In this document: one piece after another, positions 12,770-27,179 of the stretch
Layout of the letters: the number at the start of each line of letters is the position of its first letter
How positions within the stretch are numbered: position 1 is the first letter of the stretch
Assembly (NCBI GenBank): GCA_951406725.2
Contig: OX597815.1
Coordinates: 39,308,001-39,372,000, forward strand
Direction of reading: 5' to 3'
From: Octopus vulgaris
Taxonomy: Eukaryota
Length of the DNA stretch: 64,000 nt
The notes under the pieces: generated by a model
Database searches by the model: none
Seen by the model: the letters and a program-made list of their open reading frames with translations, nothing else
Told to the model about the DNA's origin: nothing
Program-made: the position numbers and the translations under genes

Positions 12770-13906
12770 TCAATAATTTTGTTGTTTACAACTTCTCAAC
12801 GTTCAACAAGAATTTCAATACCTCGTTGATAGAAACCATCCGATTTCGACTCGAAAATTCGATCCAACAAAGCTCTCAATTCTGCATCAGTATTGAACGA
12901 AACTCCGCGCGTAGCATTTGAAAGAGATCGAAAGAGGTGGAAATCCGTTGGTACCAAATCAGGAGAGTACGGCGGGTGTGGCAGCACTTCCCAGTCATGC
13001 GTTTGAATGGCTTCCTTGGTCATATTGGCGATATGAGGGTGGGCGTTGTCGTGCAGCAAAAGAACTTCATGCTGACGATTAGGCCTTTTCTCTTGAATAG
13101 CTGTGTTGAGCCTTTCCATCTGTTGAACATAGAGTTCCGCGTTGACAGTTTGGTTCCGTTCAAGCAATTCGTAATGGATAATCCCTTCCCAGTCCCACCA
13201 TACGCACAACAGCGTTTTACGTGGATGAAGATCTTGTTTCACGCGCGGTGTCGCTTGTTTGCCAGAGCTAAGCCATTCCTTACGCTGCTTCATATTGATG
13301 TACAGGCACCATTTTTCGTCGCCAGTAACGATTCGGTAAATAAATCGTTGCTTGTGTCCATAAGTTGAGCGGTGACGAGCAAGCAAACCAGCGAAGATTG
13401 TGACTCGTTGATTTTTGTTGTTGTCACTTAAAGCATGCAGAATCCATGCTCCATACTTCTGAACCTTTCCCCATCGAGTGAAGATGCTTTTCTATAGCAG
13501 TGTGGGAGCATTCCATTTTCTCTGCCAGTTCCCTTGTCGTTTGACGAGAATTTTCGTGGGAAAGTTGGTTTAATCGCTCTCAACGGGACGGCCAGAACGA
13601 AGTGCGGCTTTGAGGTCAAAATTTCCATTTTTGAACTTGGCATACGAATCGTGAGCGGTTCTTTCAGCTATGGCACCCTTTCCATACACAGTACAAATGT
13701 TGAAAGCAGATTTTGTGCCCTTAGAACCTTGATTAAAAGCAAAAAGAAGGAGGTGTTGAAAATGCTCGTTTTTCTGAACTTGACATTCCATTTTAATGAT
13801 CTGAAAATACACAAAAATTGACTAAAATTAACTGATTCCAAAATTTAAAAAACGCAATAAATTCCCCAAAATAAAAAAACGATGGGAACTTAGTTGCTAA
13901 CCCAAT

Positions 13907-13907
<1 letters not shown>
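12770..13907 (-). mobile_element. Mariner DD34D transposon, frameshifted
   Basis: MECQVQKNEHF... start at 13791; IVTGDEKW, LLHDNAHPH, HPPYSPDLVPTDFHLF (D-34-D counted); TIR TATTGGGTTAGCAACTAAGTTCCC at 13884-13907; second TIR not found. Confidence 0.93.
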
Positions 13908-14950
<1,043 letters not shown>

Positions 14951-15714
14951 ATACATCATATATTCCAATACATATTGATAAGTTCCTACTTTAGTACACC
15001 GCTATCACTCGTATTAAATTACCAATTGGCCTATCTAATGAAATGGTCTTTAAACGGAATTTGCCATTGAGATTTATTTTCTACAGGAGTTATTATCAAA
15101 CTATGTATATCTTCGCTATTCTGTTCCATTTTATTTTGAGTCTTTATTGAAATATCTAATTCATATTAAAATAAGCAAATCGATAGACACCATTCTCGAG
15201 AAAAAACAATAACGTTAATATAATCAATGCAGTTTGTATTAAATTCCTAATTATAAATACTTATGAGGTGAGCTAAACACAATACTAGCTCAAATAAATA
15301 AAATATTTAATCATCTTATGAGTAATGAAAATCTCTTTTCCTCGTTACATCAATCTAATAATTTACATAGTTATTTCTCTTATTATGACTTACCTCCCTT
15401 TAACCTTACCGCCATTTATCCTCATAACAGTTTTTCACCCTTATTTTTAAAGAATGATTTTAAACTTATTTTTCATCTTTTATTATAATAAGCAGCCTAA
15501 TTTTTTTGTTTATTATTCATTAGTCAACAGATACAAAGTTTCTAAGTAAACTATTAATAGATCAATACATATATCTAGGTGGTAAATAACTATAATCATT
15601 AAGAAATAAGGTAACAAAAAATGTCTATATACATATAAATACAAAGAAGTAATTATCTTATCAAAATGCATTCTGTTTGTTACAATTTACAATAATTCAG
15701 GGAAAAGGAATATA

Positions 15715-16142
15715 GGATCTCTTCGGTTTGAACGGCAGTTTTTTTCTAGCGGTGTCATATGAAATTGTCACCCATAATTATGACCCTAGTATCGATCTAT
15801 TGCATTTCAATCTGTTTTGGGTTAGGGTTAGTTAGGGTTAGAGGTGGGGGGAAGGGTATCTTTTTTTCTTCACAAATGTAAATAAACCCAATCTGTTTCT
15901 TAAACGAGGGACATATTCATACGGCACAGAATGTTTTTTTTACCTCGATAGACGTTATTGATTGGTTGAAATTGCAGAAATTGAAGAAAAAAACAACGAA
16001 ATATCTTACAAACTATAGAATTTTCTCAATAAAGCCAAGAGAAAAGATGTTTTATAAACACGTTCTACCAGTATACGAAGTTTAAAATTTTTTAGTTACC
16101 TAGAAATTATGTTAAAAACTGCCGTTCAAACTGAAAAGATTC
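15715..16142. mobile_element. MITE with GG termini and 8-bp TSD (Merlin-like), copy 1
   Basis: TIRs GGATCTCTTCGGTTTGAACGGCAGTTTT / AAAACTGCCGTTCAAACTGAAAAGATTC; TSD GGAATATA; internal TTAGGG-like repeats. Confidence 0.85.
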
Positions 16143-16459
16143 GGAATATATTTTACAAAAGAAAAATAGAAAGAGGACACATTAATTCAACACGAAGGGG
16201 TTCAATTAGTCGCTCGCAGCAAGGTTCAACGGAACCTACTGAAGCAAGCCAGCACGCTTTCGGCATTGCCACGCACGATAACGAGGCTTAAGGCGTTAGA
16301 ACAGCCAAGCATCTTCACACGCATGACCTCACACCACGGTACGATGAGCAGCCAACGATGACAAGAACATCGCCGTTTGCGGCCCAGCCACTCCAAACGT
16401 CTCGAACGCAACAAGCTGGATGAGATCGTTCACTGACAAGTCCCGTTACTTAAGGATTT

Positions 16460-16800
16460 TACTCCGTTCGGCTACGAAAGCAGTGACCCTTCCATTTACC
16501 ACAGCATCCAGGATGTAGGAAGGATCAAAGGAGTCACAGACTGTGATGTCCCAGAGGCAGTACCTACCTCTTACCCAGGGATAGAAGGTAAGACCATCTG
16601 GTCTCTTCCATCCCTTCTGGATAATCCCGCCGGCTCCAGAACTGAGGACATATTAACCCGAGCCAGGCCCGCTTAATGATTAAGTTTAGCTCGGTGTGAT
16701 GAGCGAAATGATCAGCATTTAAGTGGCAAGACAGACCGTGAAAACCTGTGGAATCGAGGGTCCTACCACAGCAATATCTCAGACTTATATCGAAAGGAAT
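16460..16800 (-). mobile_element. CRE-like non-LTR retrotransposon fragment (zinc knuckle + restriction-like endonuclease)
   Basis: CCGRTLDSTGFHGLSC...HTELNLIIKRA, then across frameshifts LEPAGLSRRDG, RPDGLTFYPW and LWDITVCDS. Confidence 0.7.
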
Positions 16801-16929
16801 GTGTAAATTTTTCATGTCACCGAGACATTCTAAAAGGTTTCGTGAAATACAAACTGTTCAGACTTCTACGAATTTTAATATTAATAATTTTTTAAATCAT
16901 GACCGTTAAAAATTAATTCGTCAGCTGAG

Positions 16930-17120
16930 CCAACGAGGTGGCCGCTGCGCGAGTATCTCAATCTGCTAGAAATAGCAGCTAAATCTTCCTCGAATCACAC
17001 TATCGTCATTCAAAAAAAGGACATTTTAAATATTATAATTCTAGATAGGTTCTGACTAAAACATCTAGGACATGTTTCATCATAAATCTTCTTGATCGCA
17101 ATTGATCCAGAGCTAATCAA
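16930..17120 (+). repeat. Old interspersed repeat family E
   Basis: TCTGCTAGAAATAGCAGC.AAATCT..CTC.AATCA motif recurs, degenerate, at ~41040-41150 (-), ~50500-50700 (+) and ~52365-52395 (-). Confidence 0.5.
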
Positions 17121-17307
17121 TAAGTTTTCCTTCTGAGAAAAAATATCACTTATGAAAAATTGTCCCTAAAGATAGGCTTTTTTTTTGTCTTCCTCATCCA
17201 CCTAGCATCGTATGCATGCTTCGAGGCTTGATTTTTTTCGAACATATAGTGGTTAGTTTTCCTATTACTTGTAGCATCAGCTTTTGCGTCATAATTAAAG
17301 CTATAAC

Positions 17308-17716
17308 GGATCTTTTCGGTTTGAACGGCAGTTTTCTCATATAATTTCCACGTAACTAAACACTTTTAAACTTCGTATACTGGTAGAATGCGTTTATAAA
17401 ACATTTTTTTCTCTTGGCTTTATTGAGAAAATTCTATAGTTTGTAAGATATTTGTTGTTTTTTTTCTTCAATTTCTGCAATTTCAACCAATCAATGACGT
17501 CTATTGAGGTGAAAGCATTCTGTGCCGTATGAATATGTCCCTCGTTTAAGAAACAGATTGGGTTTATTTAGATTTCTGAAGAAAAAATATACCCCCCCCC
17601 TAACCCTAACCCTAAAACAGATTGAAATGCAATAGATCAATACTAGGGTCATAATTATGGGTGACCATTTCATATGACACCGCTAGAAAAAACTGCCGTT
17701 CAAACCGGAAAGATCC
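17308..17716. mobile_element. MITE with GG termini and 8-bp TSD, copy 2 (inverted relative to copy 1)
   Basis: Same TIRs; TSD GCTATAAC on both sides; internal (CCCTAA)n. Confidence 0.88.
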
Positions 17717-18197
17717 GCTATAACTCTGAATGATACGCGCGGGGCGTGGGTAGCTCTGAAGAATACGGTGTATACATTTTGAATTTCTTTTAACCTTTCC
17801 TGTTGCCACAATTAATCCTTTGTCTTAAAATGGTATGATGAGATAATTTTAAAGAAATATGAAGAAACTGCCAACCGTTTTCATCAAATACAATATAAAT
17901 TTTGTTTTATATTCTATAGATCTCACTTCAAATCTCTCTTGTGACGACGTTATTAATCCGGGTAGTGAAATTCTCTGATTAACAAATCCACCCACAAACA
18001 AACAATTCACCGATTGATATATTATTCACCGGCGATATTTAGTTCTACAAATAGAAAACAATATTTGAAGTTTTACTCAACTGTCATTAGTTGAAGTTTG
18101 GTTGTTTATAAGATGCTTCGGTGTTTCAGTTATTTACTTTTGTGAAAGAGAAAAAACCGAGGAGACAGTTTTATGTTAAAGATCTGATGAATATGTA

Positions 18198-18598
18198 GGC
18201 GCAGGAGTGGCTGTGTGGTAAGTAGCTTGTTTACCAACCGCATGGTTCCGGGTTCAGTCCCACTGCGTGGCACCTTGGGCAAGTGTCTTCTACTATAGCC
18301 TCGGGCCGACCAAAGCCCTGTGAGTGGATTTGGTAGACGGAAACTGAAAGAAGCCCCCATTGTATATATGTATATATATATGAGTGTGTGTGTGTCTGTG
18401 TTTGTCCCCCTAGCATTGCTTAACAACCGATGCTGGTGTGTTTATGTCCCCGTTACTTAGCGGTTCGGCAAAAGAGACCGATAGAATAAGTACTGGGCTT
18501 ACAAGTCCCGGGATCGAGTTGCTCGATTAAAGGCGATGCTCCAGCATGGCCGCAGTCAAATGACTGAAACAAGTAAAAGAGTAAAAGAGTAAAGAGTA
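18198..18598 (+). mobile_element. SINE family B, full-length
   Basis: Colinear with 7272-7640; (AAAAGAGT)n tail. Confidence 0.85.
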
Positions 18599-19585
18599 AT
18601 ATAAGTAACTTAAATAAAATAAATAAATAAATAAACAAATAAATAAATAAATGTCGTTCGTGAATAAGCGCAATCGGTGACACTATAGTAAATCAATCAA
18701 CAGTATACCCTCACTGCTATCTGTAATAGCAAATGTGCTTGTCCACTTAATCATAGAAACATTTAGACTAATGTAATAGTGATATTACTTCTCCTGAGGC
18801 ACAGACAATTAGTTACTTCAAAGACTTTAAGTAAGTACCCTTTCAGAGACTAGTGCATCGAACACAATTTCAGCCTTGTCAGCCTTACGAGAGTTACAGA
18901 AAACCAACAATTCCGTTAAAAGCTAGCATATGGCTTTTGAAAAGCAACTAATAACCAGCCTATCATTCAAACGTTTGGGACTTCACTGAGAGCATTAAAT
19001 GTGAGTACTAGAATGCATGAAACAGTGTATTACAAGTGAATGACCTTTAAAGAAACGAGAACGATGCAATTGTGTCGAAAGAATAAAAAGGTTTGTTACC
19101 AACTATGAACGTATCATGTCTATCGTCCATATTTAACATCTCATTTTGAAAATCTTTTCAAAATTGTTTTTTCTTTTTTATTCAATTTTATGACTAGGAA
19201 ATATTTTTAAAGTTTTAAATCCCTGCTTTAAAATCATACTACTTATTATTTTGCGATCACTAGATATGTTAATCAATCAATTGCGAAGTGGAGTAAATTA
19301 AGTTGATCGTTCTTCCCTTAAGGCGGCGAGCAGGCAGGATCGTTAGCACTCCAGGCAAAACGTTTCGTCCGTCTTTACTTTCTGAGTTCAAATTCCGCCG
19401 AGATTGACTTTGCTATTCATCCTTTCGGGGTCGATAAAATAAATACTAGTGGAGAACTAGGGTCGATGTAATCGACCAGTCCCCTCTACCGAAATTGCTA
19501 TCCTTGTTCCAGAATTTGAAGCTAATATTTATTCTTCCCAAACTGGTGAACGCTGCTTATGCTCTCGATAAACTTTCTTTTAAGA

Positions 19586-20170
19586 TTATTCGATGAATCT
19601 GCCTTCATCTTCGATGATAGCTTCAATGTAGGGCCAGAATCGTTGACATACCTGTACTATATAGCGCTTATTCATTTCGGACATCAACTGGACAATGGCA
19701 GCCTTCGGTGAAGCTGGCAAGCTGGCAGAAACGTTAGCACGCCGGGCGAAATGCGTAGCCGTATTTCGTTTGCCGTTACGTTCTGAGTTCAAATTCCGCC
19801 GAGGTCGACTTTGCCTTTCATCCTTTCGGGGTCGATAAATTAAGTACCAGTTACGCCCTGGGGTCGATATAATCGACTTAATCCGCTTGTTTGTCCTTGT
19901 TTGTCCTCTCTGTGTTTAGCTCCTTGTGGGCAGTAAAGAAATTGGTATTGTGAGGATATCGATTGGTCTCCCTTTCAACAACGCTCCAAACGTTGTACGC
20001 TATTGGGTTTAAATCTTGTAAGTTTGGAGGTCACAAGTTTGGTGTTACACGACCGTAAAATTGTCTGGCGTCCATTCTTGGATTTCGTGGGCGTTGTGAA
20101 GAGGTGCTGAGTCTTGTCGAAAAAAGTATGGACTTTCACTGCGCACTTCATTTATTCAAGGCTAAACAAC
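19586..20170 (-). mobile_element. Tc1/mariner (maT/DD37D-like) transposase 3' fragment, interrupted by SINE A at 19712-19945
   Basis: RQDSAP, PPNLQDLNPIAYNVWS, then beyond the SINE AAIVQLMSEM...CQRFWPYIEAIIEDEGRFIE*. Confidence 0.6.
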
Positions 20171-20691
20171 TGTCTCCAGCACCTCAGTATATATGGTAGC
20201 AATGACTACGTGTCTTCTGATTTCTCTTATTGGCATTTTATTTGCCATAGGCGATCCGAAAGAAAAAAAAAGCCTTTTAATTTGTTTCAATTAGCACGGG
20301 TTAAAGCTATGAAATAAGATTAAATTTTCATTCTATATCATTGGAATTTACTACCTAGGTTATTTTAACGTGTGTTTTGCAATAAATAAGTTCAGTAGTT
20401 CCATCCGTCAGAGTAGAATTTGGTTTAATAACCATAATATAAACAGACTTTTACAACATCCACACACATTCTGTTAAAGAATTATAATAGCATATTCATG
20501 CAAATAAAAATACTTTTATTTTCTCCCTTTTCACAAAAATATATCTTATTTCAAACCGCTCAATTTTCTTTCACTCTAAAGATCATTTCCTATCTGCATG
20601 GTTTCTGTCAATAGAACAGCTACAGGGACAATTTAAAATCCTTTAATTCAAAATTCTTTAAATATTAAAGCGAACAAAACCCTTGTGAAGA

Positions 20692-20789
<98 letters not shown>

Positions 20790-20790
<1 letters not shown>

Positions 20791-21006
20791 TAGCAGTATA
20801 GCCCGGCTTTGTCCGGGTTTAAGTTAGGATTATTAAGCTAATCAATTTCTTTATTTCAAACCAAACTAAGTAACATCGACGTCAAATCTGGGCGAAATCC
20901 GTTGAAATTGGTTTATATATATATATGGGCAACACACACACACGTACGTACGTACACCCCTATTACATAAATGTTTTTTATGCGCATACATGTTCGTATG
21001 TGTGTA

Positions 21007-21078
<72 letters not shown>

Positions 21079-21340
21079 GCTCGTATATCAACAAAAGTCT
21101 TAACAAAAACTTACTCGTCGCTAGAAGGGTACTTAACTTCTCTTTGCAAACAATGGTGATTTCTCCGACTTGAAAATTGTTAAAAGTTTTGGTTGAAATT
21201 TTATTTTTACTGCTATTTGCTGGTGCCTCTGGTAAAAATAAGTTGAGGAAAATTGGAGCGACATGCGTGTTAATTTGTGGACGTGCATAAATTACATTCA
21301 CGTACACACACACACACATCTTGCCTGTTATATATACAAA
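20790..21340 (-). mobile_element. Non-autonomous Helitron
   Basis: CTAG at 20790 next to hairpin CCCGG-CTTTGT-CCGGG; internal (TG)n; 5' end decayed. Confidence 0.6.
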
Positions 21341-22013
21341 TATATATATATATATATATATATGAACGTGTACCCGTTCCTGAAAAGAATTTTTTTAAAA
21401 ATTGCTTCTAATTGTTTCTAAAAATTGCTTCTCATGTCCTTGTTCATGAAACTAACTGTGACAATATCTCTAACACGCAAAACACATACATTAATTCCTG
21501 ATCTGCACAGAGCACGTCTCACAGTTACTCTCTATAGGCTACTCAAAAGTCTCCTTGTGTCACCTAGTAGCTTTATATATCCTTTGCATGTTTTCAATAA
21601 CACTGGACAACAAAGATTTTGCTACTGGGGTAAAAACATGTGTTTTAGACTAAATCGTGGATGCCGATTCCGAATCCACACTCAGAATCGTTCTGGCACG
21701 TCAGGATTTTGAGTTATGCGCATGCACAAGATTATAACTATACTTTCGGCTAGATATAAGCCGTATTATAAAATTTGCTAAAATTAAAGGGGTCTTAATT
21801 CAAAATTAAAGCAATAACAGCGATAAAACAAACGATGAAAAAGTTCATTATTTAGTTTAGCAATAGATGGCGCTGACGTATTATGTGTAAGCGCCAAATA
21901 CGTCAGTTTTTTTCTTGGTATCTCTCATTGTCGTTTGCGCTGCCGTCACGTGTGGTATGTGTATCTCTCGCTCTGAGTGATTTCTGTTTTAACTGTGTCC
22001 ATTGCATTAGATC

Positions 22014-23648
22014 ATGAATAGGGGAGGCTGTGTGAATCACCCAAACAACTTTTGTTATGTCTGTGGAAAATTTGCCTCGCGGAAGAACATTACCACCAAA
22101 TTAAAAACTGTCTATGAATATTATTTCGGGTGTAAAGTTGGGGACCAAGACAAGAAGTGGGCACCTCATATATGCTGCAGTATGTGTTACTCAGAGCTTA
22201 GACAGTGGCTGAATGGAAAACGGAAGGGAATGCCTTTTGTTGTACCAATGGTATGGCGTGAGCCAACCAATCGTGTATCTGATTATTACTTTTGTATGAC
22301 TAATATTAGGGGTTTCTCAAAGAAAACCAAAGCAAAAATTGTGTATGCAGCTTGTAGGTCGGCTCTAAAACCGGTCTCACATGACTTCGAGAACCCTGTC
22401 CCAGTTTCCCTCTCACATGATTCCCTTGATGATCTCGACACGTCGCACGATGAACCCACTGATTCTCCTATCGACGAAGAGTACGTAGTTGATTCTAAGG
22501 AAAATAAGCCACGCTTGTTTAATCAAGAAGATTTGAACGATTTAGTGAGAGACTTAGCACTGTCAAAGGAGAAGGCAGAATTTTGGGGGTCCAGACTACA
22601 GCAACGGAATTTCCTACAACAAAGTACGAAAATTTCCATTTTCCTTTCTCGCCATGAAAGCTTATCTGTCTTTTTCAAGCAAAAAATAATGCATATTTCT
22701 GTACAGACGTTAATGCACTCATACAAAAACAAGGACACGTGCATGTGGCTAATGAATGGAGATTGTTTATAGACTGGAGTAAGGTTGTTGTCACATAATG
22801 GTAATGAAAAACCTTTCATTCTTGTGGGTCATGTCGGTATGGAAGAAACTTATGAATCGATGGAACTTATTCTGAAAGGAGTTAATTACGCAGTTCATAA
22901 GTGGAATATTTGTGGTGATTTAAAGGTGATTTCCCTCCTAGTACTACAGCTGGGATGTACCAAAAACATGTGCTTTTTGTGTATTAGGAAAAGCCGCAAC
23001 GGCAGCAATCATTACACTATAAAAGACTGGCCTAAAAGAGATGAGCACATAGTTGGCCGGTACAATGTGCAGCATATGCCACCCGCAAAACATCTTCCTT
23101 CCACCCCTTCTCATCAAACTCGGCCTCATGAAAAACTTCGTAAAAGCAATGACACACGATGGTTGTTGCTTCCAGTATATAAAAATAAAATTTGGTGCAG
23201 AGAAAAATGACGCAAAACTGAAAACAGGTATTTTCATTGGACACGAAATCAGAGAATTGATGTCTGATAACAAATTCAGAGGTAAACCGAATCCAGTTGA
23301 GCTGACGGCGTGGGATTCATTCGTGTTAGTTGTACAGAATTTTCTTGGAAATCATAGAGCTGAAAACTATGCTGATTTAATAAACAACATGCTAACAGTG
23401 TGTGAAAGAATGGGATGCCGAATATCCCTAAAAATGCACGTCTTGCATTCTCATCTCGATTTTTTCCAACGAATCTTGGTGCCGTTAGTGATGAGCATGG
23501 TGAGAGGTTCCACAAGGACATATCTGAGATGGAAATGAAGTATCAAGGCCGGTTCAATCCACAGCTGATGAGTGACTACTACTGGTTCCTACAACGGGAG
23601 ACCAGTACGGCGTATAAGCGCAAGAGCAAGTGTCTCAAACATTTCTAA
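22014..23648 (+). pseudogene. Chapaev3-like transposase, frameshifted
   Basis: CVNHPNNFCYVCG, YFGCKVGDQDKKWAPHICC, PMVWREP, WNICGDLKV, LPPLLIKLGLMKNFVKA, HSHLDFF, LGAVSDEHGERFH across four overlapping ORFs. Family name is from recall of these motifs and termini. Confidence 0.75.
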
Positions 23649-23777
23649 GCTGAGCATATCAAAAATAAAGTGAGTAGTCCCTTAACGCAAACATACTATG
23701 TACCATTATATTATAATACTATTTGCCTCGAACATAAATATACTATATAACGTACTAATATACCATTATAATAATTA

Positions 23778-24126
23778 CTAGCACTATGACCCGGCAACGC
23801 TAGTGCATGCATATACAGCTGCGTGCATGTGCACATACACGCGAATACTGCCCAAATCTCCGACCAGTCACATACATTTAGCTGGCATTCAATTGGCGTA
23901 TCAAGTTTCAGGCATTTTGATTGGGTTTTGGATAGAAAATTCACAAAAAAGTCGCTTGTATTGATTTTCTAATGGCTTTGCGGGGTGACTGGGGGAAAGA
24001 AAAGATGTGCACGACCACCCTTGGACGGTTTTAAATGACCATAGAAAGTGCGAGCCCTCTAACTAAAAAATTGTGGATTTGTATAAAGGACACACACACA
24101 GACATTTTGCCGTTTATATATAGAGA
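23778..24126 (-). mobile_element. Non-autonomous Helitron
   Basis: Minus strand 5' TCTCTATATATAAACGG and 3' CCGGGTCATAGTGCTAG; terminal motif shared with 11017-11040. Confidence 0.7.
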
Positions 24127-24762
24127 CTAGCAGTATCGCCCGGCGTTGCTCGGGTTTGTAAGGGAAATAACTATATAAGCATTTTTAGAGAGTTATAGCC
24201 AAAAAATAGCAAAAAATGCATTAAAAATGGAAAAAATATGATGGTAAATTTTATGAAAAATCGTTGACTCATCGTAGACATTTTTAGAGAGTTACTTCCC
24301 TTATATAATAGCGAAAAAATGCATTAAAATGGAAAAAAACGATGGTAAATTTTTTTTTAAATCGTAGACTCATGTAGACGCTTTCTTAGCCATTTCTGTT
24401 TTGGTGTCTTCAAGCCATGAAGTCGTTGTTCTAAAAGAACGCTGGTCTCCTTGACAACGCATTACGACGTTGATTTCCTTGCACTCCCTTCCCCACAGGT
24501 GCAGGTGTGAGCGTGGATGCCAACTCCGCCGCCATCGACACACGAAAAATTATGCATTAAAATGGAATAAAAAATGATGTTAAATTATTTTAAAAATCGT
24601 AGACTCATCGTAGACGCGCGCTAATACTCAGACGGGCTCGATATGAATCACGACTATAAGCTACCCGAATTTGGTTAAACTGCACCGCAAAATGTGGGAG
24701 TAGTTAGGAATCTAAATCGAAGGGGACAGACACTCACACAACTACAGTTTTATATATATAGA
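24127..24762 (-). mobile_element. Non-autonomous Helitron (second family), abutting the previous one
   Basis: CTAG at 24127 plus hairpin CCCGG-CGTTGCT-CGGG; 5' TCTATATATATAAAAC; three internal ATGCATTAAAATGGA...GACTCAT repeats. Confidence 0.75.
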
Positions 24763-24774
24763 TATACATAGCGC

Positions 24775-25212
24775 AGTAGTGGTGAGATGTGACAGCAAAG
24801 AAAAGCATACATTCACTCTCTGCATGCAATTAGACTCGGAAAGTTCGTGAGGAACCCATTGACCCAATTTGCTGACTTTTCCGATAGCACACAGGTCTCA
24901 ATGAATGGTTGAATGACCAAATCCAAGCTTCTCTGCTAGTTCCTCAACAGTTACGATGAGATTTTGTTCCACCAGGGTTTTCAGGATGTCCTTGTCGAGT
25001 TCTACAGATCTTTCAGGATGAGGCTCGTCTTCTAGGCTGTTCCAATATAGCTTTGAAAAAAATAGCTGTTAAAATCGAAATGCACTCTTCAAAACTTGCA
25101 CTATGAATAAGGACAAGATAAAATTACTACCTGCTTTTATAGCAAGTTAATATAAGTAGTTTATCCCATTCCCCTCTGACTTTTAGTTCAAGCTGTTGAA
25201 AAAACCGCATTA
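24775..25212 (-). mobile_element. Mariner fragment
   Basis: SLEDEPHPERSVELDKDILKTLVEQN...GKVSKLGQWVPHELS. Confidence 0.7.
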
Positions 25213-25239
25213 TTATATATATATACATACATACATACA

Positions 25240-25271
<32 letters not shown>

Positions 25272-25591
25272 CACACACACTCTCTCTCTCACACACATGC
25301 ACACATTTATATTCTGTTATTCTTTTATATGTTTCAGCCTTGAGGTTGTGGCCATGCTGGATCATGTGTGTGTGTGTGTCTATCTGTCTGTCTGTCTGTA
25401 TGTATATATGTATATGTATGTGTGTGAACAATAATATTTTCAACAGATGTGTTGCAAATGTATCTGATTGTTCTCAAGCTTCAATACTGTGTGTGTGTGT
25501 GTATGTGTGTGTGTGTGTATGTATGTATATGTATGTATGTATATGTATGTATGTATGTATGTGTGTATGTATGTGTGTGTGTATGTATGTA

Positions 25592-25624
<33 letters not shown>

Positions 25625-25669
25625 ATGTATGTATGTATGTATGTATGTATGAGTGTATGTTTACTTTAT

Positions 25670-26106
25670 TACTAACACAAGCCAGTACGGTTATTTAATG
25701 TAAAGTCTTCCTCAAATCACTATCTCTGGCTATTTACTCTCTTCCAAGAACATTTTCACTCACACTTATGTGTTAGCTTCCCATACATTTTACTCATGTA
25801 TCTATCAGCGTGATAGAGAGAAACAAATATTACATCTAGTTTCACTTTATTCGTTGCCCACTGTGTGTGTGCGTTTGCGTGTGGTGTAAACCAGACTAAG
25901 AAAAGCATTTGACACACACACCAGAATGTGAGTTTTCTGTAAATTTTGCTTAATTGGAGTTTAAATTTTAAAAACTGGACCTGGCATGACGCGATGCATT
26001 GTACTCTTAAAAATGGTAGGTAAATTGTAATTGAAGAAATCCTATATTGTAGATTTGTATAACTCCCAAAGGGAGGCAGATAAAATCTGCCTTTTATAAT
26101 AAGAGA
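25670..26106 (-). mobile_element. Probable non-autonomous Helitron
   Basis: Minus-strand 5' TCTCTTATTATAAAAGGCAGA resembles the other Helitron starts; 3' end degenerate. Confidence 0.4.
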
Positions 26107-26801
26107 TTTACTTTGAATTTAACTATTTCTATATAATTATGAGCATAACTCAAAATCCTGACAAGCTACAGCAATTCTGAATTTAGATTCGGAATCAGCG
26201 TATTTGATTTAGTTCAGTACAACACAATTTGTCTGGGTTGAAGACAATAAATTGGTTTTTTTTTTTGTTTTTTTTTGTCCAGTAAATCGAACATCTTAAG
26301 AATGCTGGACAAGCTCCTGAAGTCTTTTATAAAAGAAGTTTGATACTTAAATAAATTTGAGAGTCATGGCGTGTGGGCTTAGTGCGTATTAGGAAATAAC
26401 CCAACGCAAACATGGGCAAAATAAACTCTTTCCATTAATACTTGATTATATTTTCTTATATTGTGAAGGTTTCTGGTTCCAGCTTTTTACAAGACTGTAA
26501 ACTTTTAGTCAATATTTTGTTATAATCCTTTCTACTAAAGGCACAAAGTCTGGAATTTTTGGGGAGGGGGTAGGTCGATTAAATCGACTCCAGTGTTTCA
26601 CTGGTACTTACTTTATCAACTCCGAAATGATAAAAGGCAAAGTCGACCCGGCGAAATTTGAACTCAGAACCTAACGACGGGCAAAATACTGCTAAGCTGC
26701 TAAGCATTTCGTCCAGCGTGCTAACGATTCTGCCATGGTAGAAATGTTAGTCTTCTATTATTTGATTTCGTCCTCTATTTACTTTCTGAGTTCAAAATAT
26801 C

Positions 26802-26875
<74 letters not shown>

Positions 26876-27179
26876 TCCAATGATATGCATTATGCACTTA
26901 TATCCTACCAATTTCTTCACACGGCAGAATTACATCAACACTTATTGCTTTTAACCAAGTACATCTAATCACCAATCTTAGTTTCTTTTGTATTATTTCG
27001 ACGGTTTTTACATTATAAAGAGGGGGCGAGGTGACAAGATTTGATATTTTGTTTTTCTAAGAGAGCAGTTGCCTAGTAAAAGTAAAATGAATCGACTCGA
27101 ATTGAACGTGTTTTGTGGAATCACGCAATTTATCGACTTGTCTAAAAGTACTCCTCATGACATAAAACATAAATAAATA

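Larger units (their letters stand above)
21601..26283 (+). mobile_element. Chapaev3-like (CMC) DNA transposon with nested insertions
   Basis: TAA|CACTGGACAA left end and TTGTCCAG|TAA right end. Subterminal inverted blocks GATTCCGAATC and GTCAGGATTTTGAGTTATGC occur at both ends. Confidence 0.75.

Noticed and set aside
12937-13368. Antisense ORFs over transposases and RTs (also 59670-60550)
   Set aside because: Shadow frames of the opposite-strand transposon ORFs.
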